A DNA stretch of 64,000 nucleotides from Candidatus Latescibacterota bacterium (GCA_965219385.1 CBDCNM010000002.1:2722936-2786935), one strand, 5' to 3'; shown: positions 19,060 to 29,589, numbered from the stretch's first letter. Made by a program: numbers and translations. Notes: a model not told the origin generated them from the sequence alone.

Positions 19060-20309
19060 AAAAAGCATTGCTATCCCTGGGGATCCTGGCCGTGGGCGTG
19101 GCTGCGTTCTTGCTGCTGCGCTCCATGCACCAGCCGCCCCAGCGCCTCGAGCGGCCCTACCACGGCCCCCTGGTCGAAGCCATAACCGCGCCGCCCCAGC
19201 GCCTCCAGGTAGTGGTTGAGGGACAGGGCACGGTGAGGTCCGACGCCCAGATTGACCTGGTGCCCCAGGTCTCGGGCGTGGTGGTGTGGAAGTCCCCCGA
19301 TTTCGAACCAGGCGGCGCTTTTGCCAAGGAGGATCTGCTCTTCCAGATCGATCCGCGCGATTACGAACTGGCCGTGGATCAAGCCGAAGCCGCGGTGGCC
19401 CAGGCCAGCTACCGTCTGGACCTGGCCCGCGAGGAATCCGCGGTGGCGCGTCTGGAGTGGGAACGATTCCACCCGGAGGGCGAGGCGCCCGGTGCCCTGG
19501 TCCTGCGCCTGCCCCAACTTAAGGCTGCCGAAGCAGATCTCCAGGCGGCCCGCGCCCGCCTCGAAGAGGCCCGCTTGCGCCTGGAGCGCACCCGGCTCTA
19601 CGCCCCCTTTGACGGCCGTTTGCACAGTGCCCGCGCCGAGATCGGCCAGCACCTGGTCGCCGGCCAGCCCGCGGCCCAGCTCTACAGCATCGAAAAGGCC
19701 GAGATCGTGGTGCCGGTGCCCGACGAGGACCTGGCCTGGTTCGAGCTGCCCCTGCCCCTGCCCGTGACCGTGGAGCAGACCCCGGAAGAAAATGCCCAGT
19801 CCGTGGTCTACGATTCGCGTTCCGAGCAGCTGCGCAGTTCCTATGTTTTTTCTCGGCAAGCCGCGGCCGCTGTGGTCAGCGGTTCTTTCGCCGGGCACCG
19901 CCACCAGTGGACCGGCCGCGTGGTGCGCACCGAGGGCGAGCTGGATCCGCAGAGTCGCATGACCCGCCTAGTCGTCGAGGTGGAAGCCCCTTATGGCGGC
20001 ATTGGGCAGGGCCGGCCGCCGCTGACCGTGGGCATGTTTGTGGACGTGGCCATTGCCGGGCGCCGGGTAGACGGCGTCCGGGTGCTGCCGCGCTCTGCCC
20101 TGCACCAGGGCGACAGGATCTGGGTGGTGGGAGCCGACGGCGGCATCCTGCACGTGCGTCCGGCCGAGGTGGTGCGCCGCATGAAGGAAGAGGTGCTGGT
20201 CTACGTGGACATGGCCGCGGACGAGCGCGTCGTGGTCTCGCAATTGAGGGGGGTCACCGACGGCATGAAGGTGCGCCTGGCGTCCAACGGGGAGGAGGCT
20301 GGATCGTGA
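19056..20309 (+). CDS. RND efflux periplasmic adaptor
   Basis: PQVSGVV, LERTRLYAPFDG, GMFVDV, LPRSAL, GMKVR. Confidence 0.9.
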   Translation: MKKALLSLGILAVGVAAFLLLRSMHQPPQRLERPYHGPLVEAITAPPQRLQVVVEGQGTVRSDAQIDLVPQVSGVVVWKSPDFEPGGAFAKEDLLFQIDPRDYELAVDQAEAAVAQASYRLDLAREESAVARLEWERFHPEGEAPGALVLRLPQLKAAEADLQAARARLEEARLRLERTRLYAPFDGRLHSARAEIGQHLVAGQPAAQLYSIEKAEIVVPVPDEDLAWFELPLPLPVTVEQTPEENAQSVVYDSRSEQLRSSYVFSRQAAAAVVSGSFAGHRHQWTGRVVRTEGELDPQSRMTRLVVEVEAPYGGIGQGRPPLTVGMFVDVAIAGRRVDGVRVLPRSALHQGDRIWVVGADGGILHVRPAEVVRRMKEEVLVYVDMAADERVVVSQLRGVTDGMKVRLASNGEEAGS

Positions 20310-23300
20310 AAGCACCCGTGACCTGGATGGCCAAAAACCACGTGGCCGCCAACCTGCTGATGGGTTTCGTGCTCTTGAGCGGGTTGTTTTCCCTGCTCGA
20401 TACCAGGAAGGAAACCTTTCCCGAATTCTCCCTGGACCAGGTGCAGATCCAGATGCCCTACCTGGGCGCCAGTCCCGAGGAGGTCGAGGAAGGGATTTGC
20501 AAGCGCATCGAGGAACGGATGCGCGGCCTGGAAGGGGTGCGCCGGGTGCGGTCGACCGCGACCGAGGGCATGGGGGTGGTGAGTGTCGAAATGGAGCGCG
20601 ACGTGGACATGAGCCGCATGCTCGACGATATCAAGAATGAAGTTGACCGCATCGATACCTTCCCGGAGGAGACCGAAAGGCCGATCATCAAGGAGATGAC
20701 GCGGCGCAACCAGGTGATCAACGTAGTGATCTACGGCGCCGTCTCCACCAGAGCCCTCAAGGTGGTCGCCGAACAGGTGCGCGATGATTTGCGCGGCTCC
20801 AGCGGTATTTCCCAGGTGGAACTGGCCGGGGTGGGGGCCGACGAGATTTCCATCGAGGTTTCCGACAAGGCCCTGCGGCGCTACGGCCTTACCTTCGATC
20901 AGGTGACCGCAGCGGTGCGACGCACCAGTCTGGACCTGCCCGGCGGCAGCGTCGAAAGCGAAGAAGGCGAGATCCTGGTGCGCACCCGGGGTCTGATGCA
21001 CAGCAGCCAGGAGTACGAGAGGGTGGTGGTGCTCACCCGGCCCGACGGCACCACCTTGAAGTTGGGGGATATCGCCACCGTGGTTGACGGCTTCGAAGAC
21101 ACCGATCTGGTGGCCCGCTTCAACGGCCAGGCCTGTGCCGTGGTCAAGGTCTTTCGCACCGGCGACCAGAGTGCCCTGGAGATTTCCGACTACGTCAAGA
21201 ACTACATCGAGGAAAACCGCTCGCGCTTGCCCGCCGGTATCCACATGGACTTTGCCCGCGACGACGCCCGGATCCTGCGCAGCCGGCTGGATTTGCTGCT
21301 GCGCAATGCGCGGCTGGGCCTGTTGCTGGTCTTCATCTGTCTGAGTTTGTTTCTGAATCTGCGCCTGGCCTTCTGGGTCATGATGGGGATTCCCATTTCC
21401 TTCCTGGGCTCCTTTGTGCTGATGCAGCCCTTTGACGCCTCGATCAACATGCTCTCGCTCTTCGCCTTCATCGTGGCCCTGGGCATCGTGGTCGACGACG
21501 CCATTATCGTGGGCGAGAATATCTTCGCCCACCGGGAACGCGGCAAGGGGTTTTTACGCGCCGCCATCGACGGCGCCCTGGAGGTGGCCACCCCGGTGGT
21601 GTTCTCGATCATGACCTCGGTGGCCGCCTTCATGCCCCTGTTCTTCGTCGAAGGGATCATGGGCAAGTTCATGTCGATCATTCCCGTCATCGTGATCTCG
21701 GTGCTGCTGCTTTCCCTGATCGAAAGCCTGTTCATCCTGCCAGCCCACCTCTCATCCGAAGGCCGGGACCCGTTCAGCCGCGGCCTTGGCCGCTTGTTGC
21801 GGATTCCCATCCGCTGGCACGAGCGCACGGCCGAGTGGTTCGACCGCCGGCTCAAGCAATTCATCAGGCAGGTGTACCAGCCCACCTTGAGAAAAGCGTT
21901 GGCCAACCCACTGGTATCCACTGCCGTGGCCTTGGCTGTGGCGCTTTTTACGGCCGGCTGGATAGTCGGGGGCCATATCAAATTCGTGTTCATGCCCAAG
22001 ATCGAGTCCGATTGGCTCACCGTCTCCATTGCCATGCCGCAGGGCACTACCGTGGACCAGACGGCCGAGGTCGTTTTGTACATCGAAAAAAAGGCCCTGC
22101 AGGTGCGCGACCAGATCGACGCGCAGCGCGGCCTGGAACAGCCCTCGATCTTCCGCAATATGTTAACCTTCATCGGCGACCAGCCCACCGGGCGGCGCAC
22201 TTCCTTTGCGGCGACTCCCGGCGCCGGCGGCCAGGGCCACCTGGCCGAGATCACCATTGAGCTGCTGCCCTCGGAAGAGCGCGATGTCTCCAGCTCCGAC
22301 CTGGAGGCGCGCCTGCGCCAGAGGGTGGGCGAGATCCCTGGTCCCGAGTCTCTGGTCTTCAGCTCGACCTTGTTTTCGGTGGGCAATCCCATCGAGGTGG
22401 AGCTGGCTTCGGATAACTTCGACCAGCTGCTGCAGGCGGTGGAACGCCTCAAGGATGAAATCGCCCGCTACCCGGGCACCGGGGATATCCAGGACAGCTT
22501 CGAGGAGGGCAAGCTGGAGATGAAGCTGGGCCTCGAGCCCCGGGCCCGCACCCTGGGGATCACCCTGGCCGATCTGGCCCGCCAGGTGCGCCAGGGGTTC
22601 TATGGCGACCAGGCCCTGCGCTTCCAGCGCGGCAGCGACGATGTGCGGGTCATGATCCGCTACCCCGAGGGCGAGCGCCGTACCCTGGGGGATGTGGAGA
22701 ATATGCGGATTCGCACCCCGCAGGGCGCCGAGGTGCCCTTCACCGAGGTGGCGCGCGCTCAAATCGGGCACGGTTACGCCGCCATCCAGCGCGCCGACGG
22801 CCAGCGCGTGGTCACGGTCAGCGCCAGCGTTGACGAGAAGATGGCCAATGCCGGCGAGATCAACACCGATCTGGCGCAGCGCTTCCTGCCCGCCCTCATC
22901 CAGGACTATCCGGGGTTGCGCCACCGCTACGAGGGTGAACAGCGGGAACGCTCCGACTCCCTGGAGAGCCTGTTCTTCAACTTCATCATCGCCCTGGCCG
23001 CCATCTACGTGCTCCTAGCCATCCCTTTCCGCTCCTACATCCAGCCCTTCGTGATCATGGGCGCCATTCCCTTTGGCATCATCGGCGCGGTGTGGGGACA
23101 CGCGATCATGGGGATCGACCTGGCCCTGCTAAGCTTGTTCGGGATCGTGGCCCTTTCCGGGGTGGTGGTCAATGACTCGCTGGTATTGCTCAACTTTTAC
23201 AACCAGCTGCGGCGCGAAGGCATGGCGCGCGACGAGGCCCTGGTGGAAGCCGGCAAACAGCGTTTTCGTCCGATTCTACTGACCTCGTTGACGACCTTTT

Positions 23301-23533
23301 TCGGGCTGCTGCCGATGATTCTGGAGAAGAGCGTCCAGGCTCAGTTCTTGATTCCCATGGCGGTGAGCCTGGGGTTCGGGGTGCTGTTTGCCACCTTCAT
23401 CATTCTGCTCGGGGTGCCGGTGGGGGCCAAGATGCTGGAATCCATCGTCGATAAGCTGGGGATGGTGGAAAGGTTCGAGGAGGGCGAGGAGGTGGCTGCG
23501 GGTGATTTGCCGGCCCCGGACAAGGCTCAGTAA
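20306..23533 (+). CDS. RND efflux permease (AcrB-family)
   Basis: NHVAANLLM, GIVVDDAIIVGE, RFRPILLTSLTT; GTGA overlap start. Confidence 0.93.
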   Translation: MKAPVTWMAKNHVAANLLMGFVLLSGLFSLLDTRKETFPEFSLDQVQIQMPYLGASPEEVEEGICKRIEERMRGLEGVRRVRSTATEGMGVVSVEMERDVDMSRMLDDIKNEVDRIDTFPEETERPIIKEMTRRNQVINVVIYGAVSTRALKVVAEQVRDDLRGSSGISQVELAGVGADEISIEVSDKALRRYGLTFDQVTAAVRRTSLDLPGGSVESEEGEILVRTRGLMHSSQEYERVVVLTRPDGTTLKLGDIATVVDGFEDTDLVARFNGQACAVVKVFRTGDQSALEISDYVKNYIEENRSRLPAGIHMDFARDDARILRSRLDLLLRNARLGLLLVFICLSLFLNLRLAFWVMMGIPISFLGSFVLMQPFDASINMLSLFAFIVALGIVVDDAIIVGENIFAHRERGKGFLRAAIDGALEVATPVVFSIMTSVAAFMPLFFVEGIMGKFMSIIPVIVISVLLLSLIESLFILPAHLSSEGRDPFSRGLGRLLRIPIRWHERTAEWFDRRLKQFIRQVYQPTLRKALANPLVSTAVALAVALFTAGWIVGGHIKFVFMPKIESDWLTVSIAMPQGTTVDQTAEVVLYIEKKALQVRDQIDAQRGLEQPSIFRNMLTFIGDQPTGRRTSFAATPGAGGQGHLAEITIELLPSEERDVSSSDLEARLRQRVGEIPGPESLVFSSTLFSVGNPIEVELASDNFDQLLQAVERLKDEIARYPGTGDIQDSFEEGKLEMKLGLEPRARTLGITLADLARQVRQGFYGDQALRFQRGSDDVRVMIRYPEGERRTLGDVENMRIRTPQGAEVPFTEVARAQIGHGYAAIQRADGQRVVTVSASVDEKMANAGEINTDLAQRFLPALIQDYPGLRHRYEGEQRERSDSLESLFFNFIIALAAIYVLLAIPFRSYIQPFVIMGAIPFGIIGAVWGHAIMGIDLALLSLFGIVALSGVVVNDSLVLLNFYNQLRREGMARDEALVEAGKQRFRPILLTSLTTFFGLLPMILEKSVQAQFLIPMAVSLGFGVLFATFIILLGVPVGAKMLESIVDKLGMVERFEEGEEVAAGDLPAPDKAQ

Positions 23534-25239
23534 GGATCGGCACCCATATCCAGGACGGTGTGCCCCTGGCCCTGGCGGAAGACCACGAGTTTGTTGGTCG
23601 GCAGGTTGAGGGCGGACTGGGTGGTGCCGTCGGGCCATTTGAGTTCGACCAACTCCACCTGTTGATGCCGTCCCAGGCCGAAGTGGGCGCGGATATCGTT
23701 GTGGGAAAGGTAGCTGGAGGAACCGTTGATGGTCCGCCACTGGGTCTGCCCGCCGGCTACTAGGCGGATCCGGGTGCCCACGCCATCGCGGTTGGCTCCT
23801 TGGCCGAAGACCTGGATTGTCAGCCAGTTGTGGTGGTTGCCCCCATCGTTGCCCAGCAAGGTGGGTGCGTCGTTTAAATTGACCACGAAGAGGTCCAGGT
23901 CGCCGTCGTTGTCGTAGTCTCCAAAGGCGGTGCCGCGGCTGACCTTCTCAATGTTCAGGCCGGGGCCGGAGCGGGCGGATACATCCGCGAATCTTGCTCC
24001 GTCCAGGTTGTCGAACAGCTGATTGGGCTGGCGGTAGGGACTGCCCGTGGGCACCTGGTCGACCTGAGGGTACACGTGGCCATTGGCAACGAAAAGATCC
24101 AGGTCGCCGTCGTTGTCGTGGTCGAAGAAGTTGGTGCCCCAGCCCAGCAGGTTTATGGTGGGTGCGGCCAGACCCGCCGCGGCGGTGATGTCCGAGAAGG
24201 TGTCGCGGCCGTCGTTTTTGTACAGGGTGTTGGTCTCGCGGAAGAAGTTGGTCACGTACAGGTCGGGGTCGCCGTCGTTGTCGAAATCCCCGAAATCCAC
24301 GCCCATGCCCGCCTCTTCCTCGCCCTCGGCATTGTAGGCCACCCCTGCCAGCAGGGCCACGTCGGTGAAGGTGCCATCGCCGTTGTTGGCGAAGAGCACA
24401 TTGGGGGTTTCGTCGTTGGCCACGTAAAGATCGAGGTCGCCGTCGCCGTCGTAGTCGGCGGGCACCACGCCCAGGCCGTAGTGCTGGTTGGCTGTGGCAA
24501 TGCCGGAAGAGAGGGTGGCGTCAACAAAGGTGTGGTCTCCCTGGTTGCGGTAGAGCACATCCCCGGCGCCGATCATGCCCTTTGGACCACAGTAGACCCG
24601 GATCCCTCCTATAAAAACGCAGAGTTCTTCCTGGGTGGCTTCGTCCGGCATATTGTGGATGTCGAATTCCACGTAGTTGGTCACGTAGAGATCCAGGTCG
24701 CCGTCGTTGTCGTAGTCGAAAAAGGCCGCGCTGGCGCTGTAGTGATGACCTCCTACCCCGGCGTTGGCGGTGATATCGACAAAGGTGAGGTCTCCCTGGT
24801 TGTGGTAGAGGATATTGGGGCCGTAGTTGGTTACGTAGAGGTCCCGATAACCATCGTTGTCTACGTCTCCCACGGCGCACCCGGCGCCCCAGCCGGCATC
24901 TCCTACCCCGGCCTGAGAGGTGGTTTCCGCAAAGGTGCCATCGCCCTTGTTGCGGTAGAGGAAATTGCCCGGCCCGGACTTGTGCTGGTAGGTCTCAAAG
25001 GTGGAGCCGTTGACCACGTGAAGGTCCAGGTCGCCGTCGTTGTCATAGTCGAAAAAAGCCGCGCCGCTGCCGTGGGATTCGAGGATATATTTTTTCTCCG
25101 GGCCGCCAAAGGTGTTGGGCGCAACGATGCCAGCGGCCGTCGTCTGGTCGGTGAACCGGGGCCGGGATAGAGCAGGGGTTAGCAAACACCCAACAAGGAA
25201 CGCGGTCGATGCAATACACAGAGCAGATGGATATTTCAC
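23527..25239 (-). CDS. CRTAC1-like FG-GAP repeat protein with C-terminal ASPIC/UnbV domain
   Basis: Repeated DYDNDGDLDL motifs; NRDGVGTRI...SYLS...HFGLG...WPDG. Confidence 0.9.
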   Translation of the reverse strand: MKYPSALCIASTAFLVGCLLTPALSRPRFTDQTTAAGIVAPNTFGGPEKKYILESHGSGAAFFDYDNDGDLDLHVVNGSTFETYQHKSGPGNFLYRNKGDGTFAETTSQAGVGDAGWGAGCAVGDVDNDGYRDLYVTNYGPNILYHNQGDLTFVDITANAGVGGHHYSASAAFFDYDNDGDLDLYVTNYVEFDIHNMPDEATQEELCVFIGGIRVYCGPKGMIGAGDVLYRNQGDHTFVDATLSSGIATANQHYGLGVVPADYDGDGDLDLYVANDETPNVLFANNGDGTFTDVALLAGVAYNAEGEEEAGMGVDFGDFDNDGDPDLYVTNFFRETNTLYKNDGRDTFSDITAAAGLAAPTINLLGWGTNFFDHDNDGDLDLFVANGHVYPQVDQVPTGSPYRQPNQLFDNLDGARFADVSARSGPGLNIEKVSRGTAFGDYDNDGDLDLFVVNLNDAPTLLGNDGGNHHNWLTIQVFGQGANRDGVGTRIRLVAGGQTQWRTINGSSSYLSHNDIRAHFGLGRHQQVELVELKWPDGTTQSALNLPTNKLVVFRQGQGHTVLDMGADPY

Positions 25240-25248
25240 AGCCCTATT

Positions 25249-26106
25249 TCAGTCGGTGCCGCGGGCGCAGCGGAAGCCGAAGTGGATGCCCCTGGCGTAC
25301 GGATCCAGGCGGTCGCGGACAAAGCCGCGGACAAAGTCGGGGGAACTGATCCAGGAGCCTCCGCGCAGGACCCGGTAGTAGCCGCGCCTGGGCCCTCTGG
25401 GGTTGCGCTCCGAAAGGTTCTGGTAATAGTCGGGGTTGTAGCGATCCTTGCACCACTCCCAAACATTGCCCATCATATCCTGCACCCCGAAGGGGCTGGC
25501 TCCTCCGGGGAAGTGCCCGACCGGCGCCACATCGGCATAGCCGTCCTCTTCCCCCAGGAGGTTGGCCTGGCTGGGCCGGTACACATCGCCCCAGGGGAAG
25601 AGGCGGCCCTGGGTGCCGCGGGCGGCCTTTTCCCACTCGGCCTCGGAGGGCAGGCGCTTGTGGGTCCACCAGCAATAGGCGCGGGCGTCGTACCAGCTGA
25701 CCCCCACCACCGGAGCGTCCGGCTGGCTGTAGCGCCGATCGTCCAGGTAGGGTGGTGGGGGGTATTCGACGGCCTCCACAAAGCGGCTGTACTGCTGGTT
25801 GGTGACCTCGTGGACATCAATCCAGAAGGCGTCCAGATAGACCCGGCGCGGAATCCAGCCGCGTTTCTCATCGATGATGCCGGCCAGGTAGGGGCCGGCC
25901 GGGATCAGGATCATATCAACCGGGTCCTCCCGACCGGGTTCGGCCTGGGGCAGGGAGAGTTCCTCTTCGTCGGGGTAGAAGGAAAAAAGCTCGCCCAGAA
26001 GATGGAGCGGGGAGAATTGAAAGGGGCGGCTGGCCGACCACAGGCTGAACGCGAACACGACGAGAAGAAAGAGCACCAGCGCGGGCAGGATTCGGGATCC
26101 GTTCAT
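25249..26106 (-). CDS. Membrane-anchored formylglycine-generating-enzyme (SUMF1) fold protein
   Basis: HEVTN, PVVGVSW, RLPSEAEWEKAARG, GNVWEW, RGGSW, GFRC. Confidence 0.88.
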   Translation of the reverse strand: MNGSRILPALVLFLLVVFAFSLWSASRPFQFSPLHLLGELFSFYPDEEELSLPQAEPGREDPVDMILIPAGPYLAGIIDEKRGWIPRRVYLDAFWIDVHEVTNQQYSRFVEAVEYPPPPYLDDRRYSQPDAPVVGVSWYDARAYCWWTHKRLPSEAEWEKAARGTQGRLFPWGDVYRPSQANLLGEEDGYADVAPVGHFPGGASPFGVQDMMGNVWEWCKDRYNPDYYQNLSERNPRGPRRGYYRVLRGGSWISSPDFVRGFVRDRLDPYARGIHFGFRCARGTD

Positions 26107-26110
26107 AGGG

Positions 26111-26941
26111 CTATTGCACCACCACGTAGTCCATGCCCGTGAGTTCCTGCAGGGCCTCGCGCGCGGCCTGGTGGTCGGGGCCGCCGTGCTGCTTGAGCAG
26201 GCGCACCAGGTCGTCCACCGCGCCGGGATCGCCCAGCCGGGCAAGGGCCCGGGCGGCTTCGACGCGGACCCAGACACTGGAGTCGCGCAGGGCCGCACGC
26301 AACAGGTCCAGGGCCCGGAGCACCCGGTGTTTTCCCAGGCTCTGGACGGCGATGTAGCGCACGGTCTCGTCCCGGTCTTTTAAGGTGCTGGCCACGGCTG
26401 CTTCGGCCGTGGGGGTCCAGAGGCGGTGGAGGGCGGCCACGGCCTGTTGCCGCACCAGGGCGGCCGAGTCCGCCAGGGCCTGAACCAGCGGCAGGACCGC
26501 CAGGGTATCGCGCAGATTGCCCAGGCTCTGGGCGGCGGCGCTGCGCACCTCTGCAGCCTTATCGCCCACCAGGGCGACCTGGAGGAAAGGACCCATAGCG
26601 GGATTGCCCATCTTGCCCAGGGCCAGGATGGCCTCCCGGCGCACAAAGGCATTGGGCTCCTTGGCGAGTTTTTGCAGAAAGGGAATGGCGCGTTTATCAC
26701 CGATCCGGCCCAGGACTTGGGCGCTGATGTAGTGCAGGCTGTCCGAACCGGTGACGACGCGGGCTATGAGGGGTTCGACGGCAGGGGCCCCGATCAGGAC
26801 CAGTTCGTAGCTGGCCTTGAGACGGACTTCCCTGTCGGGGTGCGAAAGATCGGCGATATAGGATTCGACACTCTGTCCACCACAGCTTGCCAGGGTGAAA
26901 AGTAGAAAAGCGGAAAAAGGTATACAGGACGGGACGGCCAT
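26111..26941 (-). CDS. HEAT-repeat lipoprotein
   Basis: LASC lipobox; repeated D...VR..A..ALG units. Confidence 0.85.
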   Translation of the reverse strand: MAVPSCIPFSAFLLFTLASCGGQSVESYIADLSHPDREVRLKASYELVLIGAPAVEPLIARVVTGSDSLHYISAQVLGRIGDKRAIPFLQKLAKEPNAFVRREAILALGKMGNPAMGPFLQVALVGDKAAEVRSAAAQSLGNLRDTLAVLPLVQALADSAALVRQQAVAALHRLWTPTAEAAVASTLKDRDETVRYIAVQSLGKHRVLRALDLLRAALRDSSVWVRVEAARALARLGDPGAVDDLVRLLKQHGGPDHQAAREALQELTGMDYVVVQ

Positions 26942-27015
26942 ATGAGGAAGCGCTTGAAAGAACGAGTAAGAGGTTGATTACATCGGATTAAGAAGGCTCC
27001 TAAGAGCGCTGCTGA

Positions 27016-27044
27016 TTGCACTGAATTACGTTTAAGAGTACAAT
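27016..27044 (+). promoter_or_regulatory. Putative sigma70 promoter
   Basis: TTGCAC-17bp-TACAAT upstream of the TPR gene. Confidence 0.5.
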
Positions 27045-27075
27045 TGATTCGATATTTGTCAAGAAAGGGGTTTCC

Positions 27076-28368
27076 TTGTTTTCTGCATCCTGGTCCATGG
27101 TCTGGCTCGCGGCTGTGCTTCTGCTCGCCGGGTGTGCATCGGACCCGGCTGATGCGCCCCGGCAAGAGGCCGGATCCGATGCCCCTGAGGTCTCTCAGGC
27201 TCTTGCAGATTTTATCAGCCAGGCCCGCTTGCACCACCAGGCCGGCCGTTTTGCCGCGACCCTTGCCGCCTGTCAGGCCGGCCTGGAGCTGGACTCGACC
27301 GCGGTCGAACTCCACAACCTGATGGCCACCGTCTATGCGGCCCAGGGCCGCTATGCCCTGAGCATCCAGGCCCTGAAGAAATCCCTGCGCTTTCAGCCCG
27401 ATTATGCCCTGGCCTATCTGAACCTGGGGGGCGTCAACACCAAGCTGGGGCAGTACGACGAGGCAGAGGGCTATCTGCTAAAGGCCCTCGAACTGGCGCC
27501 CGGCAAGTATTCGGTGCACCGCCGTCTGGCCGAAGTCTACCTGGGCACTGGCCGGCCCGCGGCGGCGCTCGGGGCCCTGGAACAGGCCCTGCAGCTTTTT
27601 CCGGAAGACGCCACCCTCTATTTTTTCCAGGGACGGGCCTTTGAAGAAAACGACCAGAGGAAAGAGGCCCTGCAGGCCTTCGAACACGCTGGCCGGCTGG
27701 ATATAGGCTTTGCGGAGACCTATTACCGGGCCGGGATTCTGGCTCGCAAACTGGGTCATGCAGACCGGGCCGAAACCGCCCTGAAGCGCTTTCAGCACCT
27801 GCAGCGCATCGGCAACGGAGATCCGGAGGTACCCAAGAAAATGAACAAGCTGCGCTCCTTTATCATGAACACCCCGATAGATCCTGTACTCCACTTCAAG
27901 CTCGGGGTGTTATTCGGGCAGCACGGGTACCTCGACGAGGCCCTGAACAAGTTCGACAAGGCCCTCCGCCTGCAGCCCGACAGGGTGCCCCTGCTGCTTC
28001 AAATAGGTGGGTTCTTGTCCCAGCTCGGACACAACGACGCAGCCCTGGTCTACTTCAGGCGGGCCATTGACAAAGAGCCGGCTAACCTTACCGCCCTGAT
28101 CAGTGCCGGCACCCTGTTGATCGTGGCTCAGCGCCGCGAAGAGGGCCTGAACTACTACCGGCAGGCCGTGGATGCCGCTCCCCAGGATCCGGCGGGCTGG
28201 TACGCGCTGGTCGGGGGCCTGACCCGGGTCGGGCGGATTGAAGAGGCCCGGGAGATCCTGAGCCAGGGGCTGAGTCGGGCCCGACTGGAAGGTCCGTGGC
28301 AGCGGAAATTCGCGGAACTGCTGGCCGAGTTGCGGGACGCAGAAAACCAGGCGGATAGAAGGGAGTGA
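27076..28368 (+). CDS. TPR-repeat lipoprotein (start may be ATG 27097)
   Basis: LLAGC lipobox; multiple TPR units (AYLNLG..., ALELAP). Confidence 0.85.
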   Translation: MFSASWSMVWLAAVLLLAGCASDPADAPRQEAGSDAPEVSQALADFISQARLHHQAGRFAATLAACQAGLELDSTAVELHNLMATVYAAQGRYALSIQALKKSLRFQPDYALAYLNLGGVNTKLGQYDEAEGYLLKALELAPGKYSVHRRLAEVYLGTGRPAAALGALEQALQLFPEDATLYFFQGRAFEENDQRKEALQAFEHAGRLDIGFAETYYRAGILARKLGHADRAETALKRFQHLQRIGNGDPEVPKKMNKLRSFIMNTPIDPVLHFKLGVLFGQHGYLDEALNKFDKALRLQPDRVPLLLQIGGFLSQLGHNDAALVYFRRAIDKEPANLTALISAGTLLIVAQRREEGLNYYRQAVDAAPQDPAGWYALVGGLTRVGRIEEAREILSQGLSRARLEGPWQRKFAELLAELRDAENQADRRE

Positions 28369-28389
28369 TACCGGGCTGAGTCGCAGACT

Positions 28390-28476
28390 CTACTCGACCA
28401 TCTGCATCAGCCGCTGGGTCATGGAGCCCTCCTGGGTGAGGGCGTAGACGATGGTGTTCACGGCCAGTTGGTAGAT
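28390..28476 (-). pseudogene. C-terminal remnant resembling DUF4159-type proteins
   Basis: Translates IYQLAVNTIVYALTQEGSMTQRLMQMVE* with host-like codons; no start, in-frame stop immediately upstream. Confidence 0.5.
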
Positions 28477-28524
28477 TCATAGGGCCCAAACCTACAAGTC
28501 ACCTTGTGGGGGGGCAATAGAGTA

Positions 28525-28595
28525 TCACTACTTGACGAAATTGGCGAACGCCCGAAAGAGGACCTTGCCTCTGGCATTTTATGAGTCCCAGATGG
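28525..28595 (+). repeat. MITE-like element, copy 2 (left arm)
   Basis: TCACTACTTGACGAAATT...TTGCCTCTGGCATTTTATGAGTCCCAGATGG matches 55291-55365. Confidence 0.75.
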
Positions 28596-28677
28596 CTGAG
28601 AGATGCCGTATGGGGCTCCCCCGCATCCATGAGGATTAAAAACTCTTAGAAGCCATCTTATCTTGGTGTCCATGAAA

Positions 28678-29490
28678 TCATCGGGGGAATATCAGTTTTC
28701 CCAGATAGGCGACGGCGTCGGGTAGGCTTTGTGGTCCGAGGTGCTCAGGGACGATCACCCCTTTGTATTCAGCCTCCATCAGGGCGCGCACGCAGCGGGC
28801 GATATCCACGTCACCGCAACCCAGCGGGACCTCCTCGTGATCCATGAGGTTTAGGCCTTGCTTGACCTGGTTGCGGGCATGCGCAAAAAAGATCCGCTCC
28901 ATGCCCCATGTTTCAGCCGGAGAATGGGGGTCCTCACCAATAAGGGACATTCCCTGGCAGTAGGTGACGCCATTGTTGGGGCTTTGTACTGCATCCCAAA
29001 TAGCGTGGAGCACATCGACCGCCCACAGGTGACTTGCCAACTTCAGATTCACTTCGTCGGCCACGTCCACCACCTCTCTGAAGAACGCGATGACGGCATC
29101 CCAGTCGTCCTCACCCGGCATGACCATCAGGGGTTTGCCCGGGTGGTATTCGCGAAAGTAAAGGAATCTATCCAGGGGATAGAAAAGTGCGGTGTCGATG
29201 CCGGATTGCCCCGCGGCCCGCACGGTCTGGCAAAGATCCGCCCGTTCTTTTTCGTGCTGGCCGAGCACGGTCTCCCTGGAAGGAACCGGCAGAATCATTC
29301 CGGATACCCGAATATTTCGTTCTTCCAATTGCTCCCCGATCGGTTTGAGATGTTCCGGGGTCAAATGGCCGCACGCGGAAAAACCCGGAACAGAAGCAGC
29401 GCTAAGGAAGATCTCATTCACACCTGAAGTACGACACTGCTCGGCGACCTGATCCGCACTGCTATAACCCATATGTATGCCTATTCTCAC
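28678..29490 (-). CDS. TIM-barrel sugar isomerase / mannonate-dehydratase-like protein
   Basis: SPNNGVTYCQG, FAHARN, GDVD, PEH motifs. Confidence 0.7.
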   Translation of the reverse strand: MRIGIHMGYSSADQVAEQCRTSGVNEIFLSAASVPGFSACGHLTPEHLKPIGEQLEERNIRVSGMILPVPSRETVLGQHEKERADLCQTVRAAGQSGIDTALFYPLDRFLYFREYHPGKPLMVMPGEDDWDAVIAFFREVVDVADEVNLKLASHLWAVDVLHAIWDAVQSPNNGVTYCQGMSLIGEDPHSPAETWGMERIFFAHARNQVKQGLNLMDHEEVPLGCGDVDIARCVRALMEAEYKGVIVPEHLGPQSLPDAVAYLGKLIFPR

Positions 29491-29589
29491 TGTTTTCTCT
29501 CCTTATTATAGAGTCAGAGTTACAGGACTAGGGGCCGGTAGGGATCGGCGGCGAACTGCTGTCGACGAGGATCTATTGCGCTGCTCATT

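Noticed and set aside
25249..26106. FGE-fold protein as EgtB partner for egtD or as a DGR target
   Set aside because: No DinB domain or HxxxHxE motif, and it has a membrane anchor; no reverse transcriptase or template repeat was seen in the window.
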